In this document: in pieces, positions 25,336 through 37,907 of the stretch | How the letters are laid out: each line of letters starts with the position of its first letter | Numbering within the stretch: the stretch's first letter is position 1 | Source: Octopus vulgaris | Lineage: Eukaryota | Reading direction: 5' to 3' | NCBI GenBank assembly: GCA_951406725.2 | Contig: OX597826.1 | Location: 54,002,001 to 54,066,000 of the forward strand | DNA length: 64,000 nucleotides | Made by a program: the position numbers and the translations under genes | The notes under the pieces: generated by a model | Told to the model about the DNA's origin: nothing | Seen by the model: the letters and a program-made list of their open reading frames with translations, nothing else | The model's database searches: none

Positions 25336-27429
25336 AAGTGCATATACATACAGTGTATATACATATTTTGTGGCATACACGTTGATGTAGTAAACAGTGT
25401 AAACACATACTGCAAACATTTAAACATTGTCAGTAGCTTTCCAAATCCTGCGGCATTTCACAAGGCATTTTTGGTCTAAATTTTGGTCTGAAGAATTCGA
25501 CTTATAGGCTAGAAAATATGTTAATTAATCTGTTGCTGGTGATCTTTCTACACGGGGAAAATATTTTTTTTATATTTCTTATTTTATTTATTTAACTTGT
25601 TTCAGTCAGTGGGCAACAGCAAAACTAGGAAAGTAGCATGAAGGGTTTAGTAAGATAAATAGACCTCAGTACTTATTTCTTAAGTCTGGTACATATTCTC
25701 TCAGACTCACTTGCTGGAACTTCTATATTACAATGATGTAAATAAACCAACACCAGTGGGGGGAGGGGGTAAGCACAAAGACATATGAAAAAATATGTAA
25801 GCAAGTATGTATGTATATATGTATGAATGCATGTATGTATGTATGTATGTATGTATGTATGTATGTATGTATGTATGTATGTATGTATGTATGTATGTAT
25901 GCATGTATGTATGCATGCATGTATGTATGTATCAAACAATATATACATAGGCACAGGTATGGCTATGTGGTAAGAAGTTTGCTTCCCAACTACATGGTTA
26001 CAGGTTCAATTCCACTGCATGGCACCTTGAGCAAATCTCTTCTACTCTAGCCATGGGTCAGCCAAAGCCTTGTGAGTGGATTTGGGAGACGGAAACTGAA
26101 AGAAGCCTATTAAATATGTGTGTATGTGTTTCTTTGTTTGTCTTCAACCGTTGCCTGAAAATTGGCGTAGGTATGCTTAGATTTCCATAACTAAGCAATT
26201 CAGTAAAAGAGACTGAAAGAGTAAGTACCAGGCTTTTCAAGAAAATAAGGTTGATTAATTCGACTAATAATTCTTCAAGGTGGTGCCCCAGCATGGCCAC
26301 AGTCTAAAAAAGACTGAAACAAGTAAAAGTTAAAAGATAAAAAATGACCTACACATTTTCTGTCAACCTTGGGCTGCAGTAGAAGATACTTGCTCAAGGT
26401 GTTGTGTGAAGGGATTGAACATGGAATAGGTGGTTGTGAATTGAAATTCTTAACCATAGAGCCACACATAATCAAAATGAAAGTTCAATATAAGTAAGCT
26501 GTGGCTGTGTGGTAAGAAGCTTGCTTCCCTACCACATGGTTCCGGGTTCAGTCCCACTGCATGGTACTTTGGGCAAGTGTCTTCTACTACAGCCTCAGGC
26601 CAACCAAAGCAATGTCAGTGGATTTGGTAGACAGAAACTGAAAGAAGCTCATCGTATATATATCATCATCATCATCATCATCGTTTAGCATCCGCTTTCC
26701 ATGCTGTCATGGGTTGGACAGTGCAACTGGGGTCTGGGAAGCCAGAAGGCTGCACCAGGCCCAGTCTGATCTGGCAATGTTTCTACGGCTGGATGTCCTT
26801 CCTAATGCCAGCCCTTCCTAACATATATATATATATATATATATATGTTGTGTGTCTGTACTTGTCCCCCCACCATCGCTTGACAACTGATGTTGGTGTG
26901 TTTACGTGCCTGTAACTTGGCAGTTCAACGAAAGAGCCCGATAAAATAAGTACTAGGCTTACAAAAATAAGGTCATTCGATTAAAGGCGGTGCTCCAGTA
27001 AGGCCACAGTCAAATGACTGAAACAAATAAAAGAGTAAAAGAATAACAAAAAAAGCCTGTTGAGTGTTTTAAGTACATTCCCATCAACTACCAGTAACCA
27101 AGCACCTGGAAATAAAAACATATACATACACATACATACATGTGTGTTTGTGTGTGTGTGTGTGAGTGTGTGTGTGTGTGTGTGTGTGTAGCAGATGAGT
27201 GAAGTTCCTTGATTAAGTATTCATTGTCACTATCTAGTTTGATCTGTTTTGCTTACCATTCTGTTATAGCGTGTTTTGATGGGAGAAAAGGGTAACTGAA
27301 AATGTTTATTCCATGGTGATACTGCCTGATAGCTTTAGCATATCAAGATATGAAGCACACACATTTTTCTATCTATGTAAATGCATATACTCATACATAT
27401 GTTTATATACACATGTGTACCTATGTATA

Positions 27430-27785
<356 letters not shown>

Positions 27786-28001
27786 AGAATAAAGTATGGA
27801 GACCTGTACAATTGCAAAATTCATTTTTTAGTTATATACAGCATATTATAATGATTTACATGTGTTTCCGCTACAGCAACCACTCATTGTTGCAAATGCA
27901 ACCGGATGATGTATCCTTCTAAACTCACTTTTACACACACACACATGTGTATCCATGTTATTGTGTGTATGTGTGTATGTATGTATGTATATATATATAT
28001 A

Positions 28002-28105
28002 AAAGACTTGTTTTATTTATATTCCTGAGCGCCATACTAATACAACTGTTTGTTTGTATTCCACCTGCCTTCGTCTTTTGTTTATTTTCATAAAGCTTCC
28101 CGTTA
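28002..28105 (+). mobile_element. Related pLTR-like tail, post-cleavage portion only, between (TA)n runs
   Basis: aaagacttg...cctgagcgccatactaatacaactgtttgtttg...cacctgccttcgtcttttg matches the reverse complement of 28590-28678. Confidence 0.6.
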
Positions 28106-28143
<38 letters not shown>

Positions 28144-28181
28144 CATATATATATGTATGTATGTATGTACGTACATACATA

Positions 28182-28325
28182 CAAGGGCGGACTTAAAGTA
28201 TTAAGGGCCCTCAGGCATAACTGTTTACCGGGCCCCTTTGAATGTGTGTTTTAGTAGAGTTAATATGTAGAGAGCTCGAGGCCCTCGGACAGTGCCCGAT
28301 TGACCAACAGCTCAGTCCATCCCAG
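28182..28325. mobile_element. hAT-like MITE
   Basis: Degenerate TIRs caagggcggact...agtccatcccag, 8-bp TSD catacata; second copy at 49411. Confidence 0.7.
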
Positions 28326-28554
28326 CATACATATATGTATATCTTTTAATCTTTTTACTTCTTTCAATTATCGGACTGCGGTCATGCTGGGGCACAGCCT
28401 TGAAGGACTTTAGCCAAACAAATCGACCCCAATACTTATTTTTTAAAAGCCTGGTACTTATTCTATCGTTCCATTTTGCTGAACTGTTAGCTTACACAGT
28501 GGTAACCACAGCTGCACAGGTTGTCAAGACACACATACACCCAGAAATATACAC

Positions 28555-28585
<31 letters not shown>

Positions 28586-28589
28586 AGAG

Positions 28590-28735
28590 AGAATTTCCGA
28601 AAAAACAAAAGATGAAGACAGGTGTGTAAACAACAAACAGATGTATTACTTTAATGCTCGGGAAGTGAGAAAGTCTTTTACATTTCGAGCCTACGCTCTT
28701 CTACAGAAAGAAACACAGTAATAAACAGGGAGAGG

Positions 28736-28740
<5 letters not shown>
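28590..28740 (-). mobile_element. Short Penelope pLTR-like element with hammerhead motif, inserted in the microsatellite of a family-A SINE
   Basis: Pyrimidine leader, hammerhead motif at 28710-28675, tail ...cccgagcattaaagtaatacatctgtttgttg...; flanked by (TA)n and (GA)n. Confidence 0.6.
28675..28710 (-). ncRNA. Minimal hammerhead-ribozyme-like motif (Penelope-type), core variant
   Basis: The minus strand reads CUUU-CUGUAGA-A-GAGC(GUAG)GCUC-GAAAUGU-A-AAAG: stem I CUUU/AAAG, perfect 4-bp stem II and GAAA. It deviates from the canonical core at A6 (U) and at ACGU (AUGU, CpG decay). Confidence 0.6.
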
Positions 28741-28770
<30 letters not shown>

Positions 28771-28965
28771 GAGGGGCTTGTTTCAATTTCTGTCTACCAA
28801 ATTTACTCACAAGGCTTTCGTTGGCCTGAGGTTGTAGAAGACGCTTGCCCAAGGTGCCACTCAGTGGAACTGAACCCGGAACCACGTGGTTAGGAAGCAA
28901 GCCTCGCAACTTCTTACCATACAATCAGACATACATACATACATACATACATACGTATAGTTATG

Positions 28966-29072
28966 TGGCGAAGGTAAAGAATACGCACACCACTCGTTTT
29001 CGGGATAACCCTAACCCTAAACCCTAAACCTTAACCCTAAACATCGGTTGTGCTTATTTTTTACCTTCGCCA
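28966..29072. mobile_element. Small inverted-repeat element with an internal telomere-like (TAACCC)n core
   Basis: 24-bp arms tggcgaaggtaaagaatacgcaca / tgtgcttattttttaccttcgcca (22/24 match); core taaccctaaccctaaaccctaaaccttaaccctaa. Confidence 0.7.
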
Positions 29073-30457
29073 TTTATGTATATACACTTATACATAAATG
29101 CGTGTGTGTATGTATGCATGATCGTATCGATGTATGTATGTATGTATATGCATTCATGCCTACATGTGTGTATGTATACGTCTAAAGAAATCGAGCATCG
29201 CATTGGGGAAAACTCCAGAATAAAAGAACTGAATTAGCATAAACAAACTATGTGTGTGCGTACGGCTGCGTGTGTATGTGTGTGTGTAGGCATATACACA
29301 ACTATAAGGTTAAAATATATCAAAACAGTAGTAAAATTTCCTTACTTCGTTCTACACACAACGACCTCTGCACGATAAGTGTGTAATTTCCATTCAAACG
29401 AGACTGTAGCACAACATTACTAAAAAAAAACCCAATAAACATTCGATTAACCAACTCCATGCCTTACAAACCTTATTGTGTCTACTTAGCAATAATACAC
29501 ACACACATACATACACACACACACACAAACACACACACACAGGGAGAGGCGGGAGAGAGCTTTATGTTATCCACATGTACAAATATATACAGTCGGGCAT
29601 ATAAGCTAATGGAAGGAGACCTCTATATCGTCGTCATTTGACCTGCTAGAAAGAGTAGCTGCTAAATCGCCTTCAAAATTATATTATCATATTCTGCTGT
29701 TGTTATGAGGGCGGGGCAGAAGCCGAGTGGTCACAGCTGGAACGCTTTTGATTATATGAATAATCAATCAGTATCGACTTTGGGACAAAACAACAGCAAT
29801 AATAATATTCACGGTCTGACATAAAATACAGCTGAGAGAGGAGGGGAGGGAGAGAGGTAGACAGACACAAAGACAGAGAGAGTGTGAGAGAGGGACAGAG
29901 AGAGACAGACACAAAGACAGAGAGAGAGAGATAGAGAGTGTGTGAGAGAGACAGACACAAAGACAGAAAGAGAGAGAGAGATTGTGTGTGTGTGTGAACT
30001 TATGTATGTGAATCAATTTGCGTATATGTGTAAATGTATGCATGTATGCATGTATGTGTGTACGTGAGAGAGAAAGAAAGATAAAGACAGAGAGAGAAAA
30101 AAAGGGAGAAACAGAAAGATAGACAGACAGACAGACAGAGAAAGAGAGAGTGGTGTGTACGTGTGTGTGAACGTATGCAAGTGTGAAAGTATGTGAATCA
30201 ATTTGTGTATGTGTGTGTATGTAAATGTAACTGTATGCTTGCGTGTGTGTCTGTGTGTGTGCGTGTGAGAGAGAGGGAGGGAGAGAGAAGGAGAGAGAGA
30301 GAGAGAGAAGGAAGGAGAGAGAGAGAGAGAGAGAAATGCGTGAAGGAGTGTGATATATGATTTTAATAAATCTCACTTATAACAGCAAAAACGAAATCTG
30401 GATAAATAAAGGAAAGAAGACAGAAAGGAGAGGAAAAGGGAAGGACGGAGAAAGGAA

Positions 30458-30494
<37 letters not shown>

Positions 30495-30504
30495 ACAGCT
30501 ATAA

Positions 30505-30860
30505 CTGACACTCCGTCGGTTAAAACAACGACGAGCAATCCAGTTGATCCGATCAATGGGACAGTCTGCTCGTGAAATTATCGAACGAGTAGTGGCCGGG
30601 GCGCACTCCACCGACACGCGTAAAAGCCTTAATGTAGTTCCCTCCCGGGGAGATTCGGTGTGTGACACGAAATGTGACAAGCATGGGCCCCTTTTGGAAT
30701 TACAGGTGACACTCGTTATTGACAGCCGAGTGAGTGAACTGAAACAAAAACATAAAATAAAACGTCTTGTTTTTAAGGGGATACCGCGCTATGGGGGGGG
30801 GGGGGAATCGAACTCAAGACCTTACACGATCGTGAGCTGAATACCCTGGCCACTTGGCCA
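30505..30860 (-). mobile_element. SINE family C, diverged but CpG-retaining
   Basis: ccagttgatccgatcaatggg...ctcgtgaaatta...cactcca. Other family-C heads at about 4620-4757, 45820, 46270, 48635, 51020 and 58460. Confidence 0.75.
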
Positions 30861-30876
30861 CAGACACTCGTATTGA

Positions 30877-31355
30877 CATACATACATACATACATGCATA
30901 CATACATACATATACATACATACATATATACATACATACATGCATACATACATACATGCATACATACATACATACATACATACATACATACATACACATA
31001 ATATACATACATACAAACATACATAATATACATACATATACATACATACATACATACATGCATACATACATGCATACATGCATGCATACACACATACATA
31101 CATTTACACATACATACATACATGCATACATACATACATACACACATACATACATACATACATATATACATGTATACATACATACATACATACATGCATA
31201 CATACATACAAACATACATACATGCATACATACATACATACACACACACACACATACATGCATACATGCATATATACATACACGCACACATACATAAATA
31301 CATATACATACATACATATACATACATACACACATACATACATACACACATACAT
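30877..31355. repeat. (CATA)n tetranucleotide tract
   Basis: Directly visible; similar tracts at 33270-33500 and, as (TATG)n, at 33712-33930. Confidence 0.95.
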
Positions 31356-31509
31356 AGAAGGAAACGGCCGAAGTAAAAACAAGAAAATAGACAGAGAATG
31401 AGAAAGAAAAAGGTTAAGAGATAGAAAGAGAAAAATAGATTAAAAGAGACACAGAAAGAAGTATAAGGGGGAGGGAGGTAAGAGAGGGAAAAAGAGTTGC
31501 AGCATAGGG

Positions 31510-31544
<35 letters not shown>

Positions 31545-31593
31545 GCATTCGCATATGAGACAGTAAGATACAGAATGAACGTTGTACAATGAA

Positions 31594-31640
<47 letters not shown>

Positions 31641-31777
31641 TAGAGGAAGAGATGATGATGTTGATGAAGAGGACGACAATGACAGTGACGGTCCGTGTGT
31701 GGGGTGGTGATGACGACGACGGCGACGACAATGACGATTATGGTATAATGACGATGGTGAAAATGACAATGATGGAG

Positions 31778-31910
31778 TGATGATGATGATGATGATGATG
31801 ATGATGACCATGATGAAGATGATGATGATGATGATGATGACGATGATGATGACGATGATGAAGATGATGAAGATGATGATGATGATGACGATGATGATGA
31901 CGATGATGAA

Positions 31911-31998
<88 letters not shown>

Positions 31999-32024
31999 TT
32001 CATCATCGTCATCATCATCGTCAT
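31778..32024. repeat. (GAT)n directly abutting (CAT)n, self-complementary
   Basis: Polarity switch at gat|cat, about 31943. Confidence 0.95.
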
Positions 32025-32189
32025 AAGAACTTCTGTTTCAGAATGAAGACGTAGATGTGGATTTCCGAATGACTGAAGGTGACAGAAGAAAGAAGAATGA
32101 TAGCAAGAACGAATAAATAAAAAAAGACTGAATGACGAGAGAGAGAAAAAAAAAAGAGAGAAAAAAAGAGAGAGAGAGAAAAAAAAAAA

Positions 32190-32285
32190 CCATTGACGTT
32201 TGCGCGTGTAAGCGTATAAGCGTGTGCGCGCGCATGAGTGCGGCTATGCGCGAGTTGTGGTTTGTGTATTTGCAATTGTGCGTAT
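32190..32285. promoter_or_regulatory. CpG-dense non-repeat patch, candidate promoter or enhancer
   Basis: cattgacgtttgcgcgtgtaagcgtataagcgtgtgcgcgcgcatgagtgcggctatgcgcgag contains a CRE half-site (TGACG) and an NRF1-like GCGCGCAT, in an otherwise CpG-depleted window. Confidence 0.35.
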
Positions 32286-32331
32286 AAATAATGATCTGTT
32301 GCACAGAGAGAGAGAGAAAGATGGAGAGAGG

Positions 32332-32376
<45 letters not shown>

Positions 32377-32886
32377 AGAGAAGAGAGAAGAGATGAGAGG
32401 AGAAGAAAACGTTATAATTCATTTACAAGGAAAAGCAGAAGAGGAGACAGAGTGGAGCAGCAACAACAGAACGGTGGTGGTGATAGTGGTAGTAGTATTA
32501 GTAGTAGTAGTAGTAGTAGTAGTAACGGTGGTGTCAGCAGCAGTAGATGTGATCGTGGTGATGGTGATGGTGATGGTGGTGGTTGTGGCGGTGATGATAA
32601 TGTTCATTCATGTTTCAAGCCAAGCAACAACAACATTAGTAGACATCACCAACATCAAGGTCAGTTAAATGATGTTTTTCTTCCATAGGAAAATTCATGA
32701 ATGGTTTGTGGTCAGATTGATTGATTCATCGGGGTTTCAGTAAATTCTCTCAGCTCCCTACACAAACTTGAATAAGGAACAGCTCTGCCGGAATAAACGA
32801 ACCGCATTCTGTTGTGGTCGTCCACTCTCCTCCTCTGTCTTACGTATAAATGTGTCAGCGGGTCTGTCATATGAATATAAACATGT

Positions 32887-32937
<51 letters not shown>

Positions 32938-35358
32938 GTGTAAAGACACTCCCAAGACAACCACACACACACATGTACACACACACACACACACACACAC
33001 ACAATCTTTTGCGCGTTACCGTCATTAGACTGCGGCCATGCTAGAGCACCGTCTTGAACGGTTTGAGTTAAATAAATCGACCCTAGAATGTATCTTTTGT
33101 TTTGTTTTTTTTAACTCTAGCACTTACAAAATTTCTCTTTTTTTTGCCGAACGGCTAGGTTACAGGGATGTAAACAAACCAGTGCTGTCGAACGGAGGCA
33201 GGGATATGAAACAGGCACAAATATACACACACACACACACATACACAATCATTTTACATGCATTTACTCATACATACATTTATGCATCCGTCCAACCGTC
33301 CGTCCGTCCGTCCATCCATACATACATACATTTATGCACCCGTCCATGCAAACGTACATACATACATACATACATACATACGTACATAATACATACATAC
33401 ATAATACATACATACATACATACGTACATAATACATACATACATAATACATACATACATACATACATACATACATACATACATACATACATACATACATA
33501 ATGTTTAGTGTTGAGTGTCGGACGAAAGAGCACTTGATACCACGGAAGAGTTTCGCCTGTGAGTACAGAGGATCTTCTGGGCTTCCACGCAATTTCCTTC
33601 TACCAAATTCACTCACAGTGCATTATGAACATGTAGCTGGACATGTATGTGTGTGTATATATTTGCCTCAATGTGCAGAGGTATATGTTTCGTGAACACA
33701 TATCAATGCACGTATGTATGTATGTGTGTATGTATGTATGTATGTATGTATGTATGTATGTATGTATGTATGTATGTATGTATGTGTGTATGTATGTATG
33801 TATGATGTATGTATGTATGTATGTATGTATGTATGTATGTATGTATGCATGTATGTAAATGTATGTATGTATGTATGTATGTATGTATGTATGTATGTAT
33901 GCATGTATTGTATTGTATTGTATGTATGGATGTATCTTCGTCTTCACTTAATGTCCGTTTTCCATGCTGACGTGGGTTGCACAGTTTGACAGGATCTGGC
34001 AAGCTGGAGGGCAGGACCAAGTCCCATCGTAAGGTTTGGCCTGGTTTCTATGACTGGATGCCCTTCCTAACACACGCACGCGCGCACACACAGAGATATG
34101 TACGCGCGCACACACAGAGATGTATGTATGTATGTATGTATGTATGTATGTATGTCAAGTAAATATAACTACGTACATGTTTACGTATGTATGCATAAAT
34201 ATATATAAACATGTATATATGTTTATGTATGCCTGCGTATGTATGTACGTAGCTTTAATATCTGCATCGATGTCTGTATGTTGTATATGTCGACTTTGCC
34301 TTTCATCCTTTCGGGGTCGATAAATTAAGTACCAGTTACGCACTGGGGTCGACGTAATCCGTTTGTCTGTCCTTATTTGTCCCCTCTGCGTGTAGCCCCT
34401 TGTGGGTAGTAAAGAAATATATATATAGATGAATACGTAAGATGTGTGTGTCTGTGGATATTTATAATGTGTATATATATATATATATATCTTTGTGATT
34501 ATGCATGTAGAGATGTATTTGTCTGCATTTGCAAGTATTGTCTGTAGATATGTGTATGCATCTGTACAAATGCAATTAACTGTGCGTTTGTGTGTGTGTA
34601 TGTGTAATATATATAATATATATTTTATACGTTTTTATGTGTGTGTGTGTGTGTGTACATTTACTGCAATATATATATATATTTATATTGTGTATATGTA
34701 GTGGTGCTATGTGTACATATATAATAATCATACACACACGTACGTATAGAGAGACAGAGAAAGAGAGAAACACATAGAAAGATGGACATATACGTATTTG
34801 AGTACACGCATCGTATTTGTATTCGCGTTACGTGAGTGAGCAATATACATATCTATATTCATTATGTACACACACATATATACACACACGTGTGTTGCTG
34901 TGTGTATAACACAATCGCAAATATGCATATATCTGTACGCATGAATGTATGAATAAATATAAAATTTGCACACAGTAACAATATATACACACACAACAGG
35001 TGCTTGCATACACAATACCAATGCACATACATACATTGATACACACAAACACACACATCTAGATATATATATATATATATATATACACATACATATTATA
35101 TGCATGTATGTGTCAGTGTATGCATGCATGCACTGGTGTTGTATGTATACATGTTTGTGTGTGTGTAAGCATTTTGGGTGGTGTATGTAAGAAGAAAAAA
35201 AAACCTGTTGCGTGTACGTCTATATATCTATATATATTCATGTTATGTGCAAATGTATAGATTTATTTTGAGAATGTATATATTACAACACATACATAAT
35301 ATATATATACAATGTATATTTGTATGTATGCATCTGTGCTGGGTCTATGTATGTATTT

Positions 35359-35401
<43 letters not shown>

Positions 35402-35653
35402 TATCTATGCGTGTATATATATGCTGTGTGTATGTATACACTGTATGTATGTTTGTAGATTGTAAGTATATGTATTGCTTTACATGCATGAATTAGTGCT
35501 TTGTGTATATATTATATATATTTGTATTATGTGTGCATGTGTGTTTGTGTATGTGTGTGTATTTATTACATGTCTATATATTTGTTTTCAGTATGAATGT
35601 ACTAGATTCTGTGAGTGAATATATTTATATTGTGTACATATTTGTGGTGACTG

Positions 35654-35702
<49 letters not shown>

Positions 35703-36337
35703 ATTATTATTATTATATGTAGAAAAATACAAACTGGGACAAGAACGTAAAATATATATATATTTGTATTGAGTGTGAATGTATTTTATGTCTGTGAATA
35801 TATTTGTGTTTATATATTTGTTGTGTGCCAATGTATATATTCATGTCATGTGTGTATATGTACATTCCTGTTGTGTGTGTGTGTGTGTGTGTGTTTGTGT
35901 AAATGTATGTATGCCTAGTGTGTGTGATGTGTATGCTTATGATTTTGTGCGTACAGTAAATATATATTTTTCGGATTATGAATATATATCTGTCAGCTTG
36001 AGAAGAACAGAAACGTGTAGATGTAAAAAAAGAATATTTTTTTTCTTTCTTCATTAATACCAGACAACACCATCACTACCATCACCACAACTATGACAAC
36101 CACCACCACCATCAACACAAACCCCCCAACCATGTCTGCCATAGTACCCTTGCTGAATTTAAAAAGAAGGCAAAAAAAAAATAACAACAACAACAACAAA
36201 AACAACAAAAGGTGGAAAAGGGAAATCAAGGTCAGTTTGTTGGAATTCTCGGCACGGCACGGGGGGTGGGGGGGTGGAGCAGAATGGTAAGAATATGTTT
36301 GTTGAAGAAAGAGGGAATAAGAAAAAAAGAGACTCAC

Positions 36338-36427
36338 CGTAGCGTACAGTAAATCCGACAGCAGACTACCTAAAGCAGTTTTAAGCTCAGAAATATTTGA
36401 TACAGCTCGCAGACTCTCATGAAGTTC
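36338..36427 (-). CDS. PDE2A: Internal coding exon (90 nt, phase 0/0), probable cGMP-dependent 3',5'-cyclic phosphodiesterase (PDE2A-like), N-terminal common exon
   Basis: The minus strand reads cctcttgtttttcag|GAACTT...GCTACG|gtgagt: polypyrimidine acceptor, consensus donor and 30 open codons, ELHESLRAVSNISELKTALGSLLSDLLYAT. By eye it aligns without gaps to recalled human PDE2A [30 protein letters not shown] (10/30 identical). No other exon was found in the window, so the gene identity rests on this one exon. Confidence 0.55.
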
Positions 36428-37065
36428 CTGAAAAACAAGAGGAAAGCTGCTATTTCACGGAAACACGTGATTATGTTGCATCCCAAACCAGCTTGTAGCT
36501 CTGAGGTTGCCATCGATCACATCCTCTGTCTCTTCTCTAGCAGTTCATTATTATTTACAAGCTGAAGCCAGCAGATGCCAACGTTGTTGTAGCAGAACAT
36601 ACATTGCTAGTGTGACACAGGAATAAAAACAAATATATACCTTTTTTTTTTTTTATATATTTCTGTTCTTACTCTTTTATATTGCTGTTTTTTTTTTTTT
36701 AATTACAACATTGTTGTTTTTTTTTTTTTAACCTTTAAGTAAAGTAATTGCTTGGGTACAAAAAAAAAAAGTCAAACAATAAATATTAAGATTATCAAAA
36801 TGAAATAATATAAAATAAACGAAAAAAACCTAAAGAAAATCAAATGATATTTTAAGTTACAGAGAAGCAAGAAAACTATTTTTGATGACAATAAATAAAC
36901 AGGTAAAATTTAATCATCACCATCGAATATTAACACAGAACTGGAAGAAATAGGATATACATTTTTTAATAACTTGTTTTCCTTTTTTTTTTTTTTGTAT
37001 TTTTCTTTTTCCTGTAGAGCTATGTTGATATGGATAAAATAATATAAACAAATAAATAACATTTT

Positions 37066-37101
<36 letters not shown>

Positions 37102-37218
37102 TCTTGTTTTATTGGCCACAAGGGCTAACATAAATCAAAAAACATATATGGACAAACACAGGACAAAAAGTACAAAGGGTTTTGCAAAAAATAATAATAA
37201 TAATAATAATAATAATAA

Positions 37219-37295
37219 ACCCTGTTGTCTCTTGAGGTCTCTGGGTGAGACTTGGAGCCAACTTGTACAAATATAAAGCAAAAGTCAAACATAGA
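37219..37295 (+). mobile_element. 3'-UTR-only copy of the same Dong-like element in (AAT)n
   Basis: ttgtctcttgaggtctctgggtgagacttgg...aagcaaaagtcaaaca is nearly identical to about 38532-38601. Confidence 0.8.
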
Positions 37296-37307
37296 ATAAT
37301 AATAATA

Positions 37308-37356
<49 letters not shown>

Positions 37357-37782
37357 TAATAATAATAATAATGGTTTCACATTTTGGCACAAGGCCAGCA
37401 GTTTCAGGGGCAGGGAGAAAGCCGATTACATTAACCCCCAGTGCTCAACAAGTAATTTCAATCATACTGAAAGGAGGGAAGGCAAAGTTGACCTCGGTAA
37501 CATTTGAACTCAAAATGTAGTAAAGACAGACAAAATGCCGCTAAGCATTTCACCTGGTGTGCTAAGAATAATTCTACCAGACTGAAATTGTGGGGCAGGA
37601 GGGGGGTGTCAGGGTTAGTTGATTATATCAACTAACCCAGTGCTCAACCGGTACTTATCTCATTGACCCCTGAAAGCCTGGTGGAAGGCATAGCTGACCT
37701 CAACAGCATTTGAACATGAAGATGAATGAAATGTCACTAAGCATTTTGTCTGTTGTGCTAATGAATCTGCCAGCTTGCCACC

Positions 37783-37907
<125 letters not shown>

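Larger units (their letters stand above)
23762..25570. repeat. Old tandem duplication of a ~500-bp unit, each copy interrupted by a SINE
   Basis: 23762-24012 resembles 24695-24947, and 24443-24700 resembles 25343-25570. Confidence 0.8.

Noticed and set aside
30773-35831. Many [12 protein letters not shown] ORFs
   Set aside because: They are translations of (CATA)n, (TA)n and (CA)n repeats that happen to lack stops.
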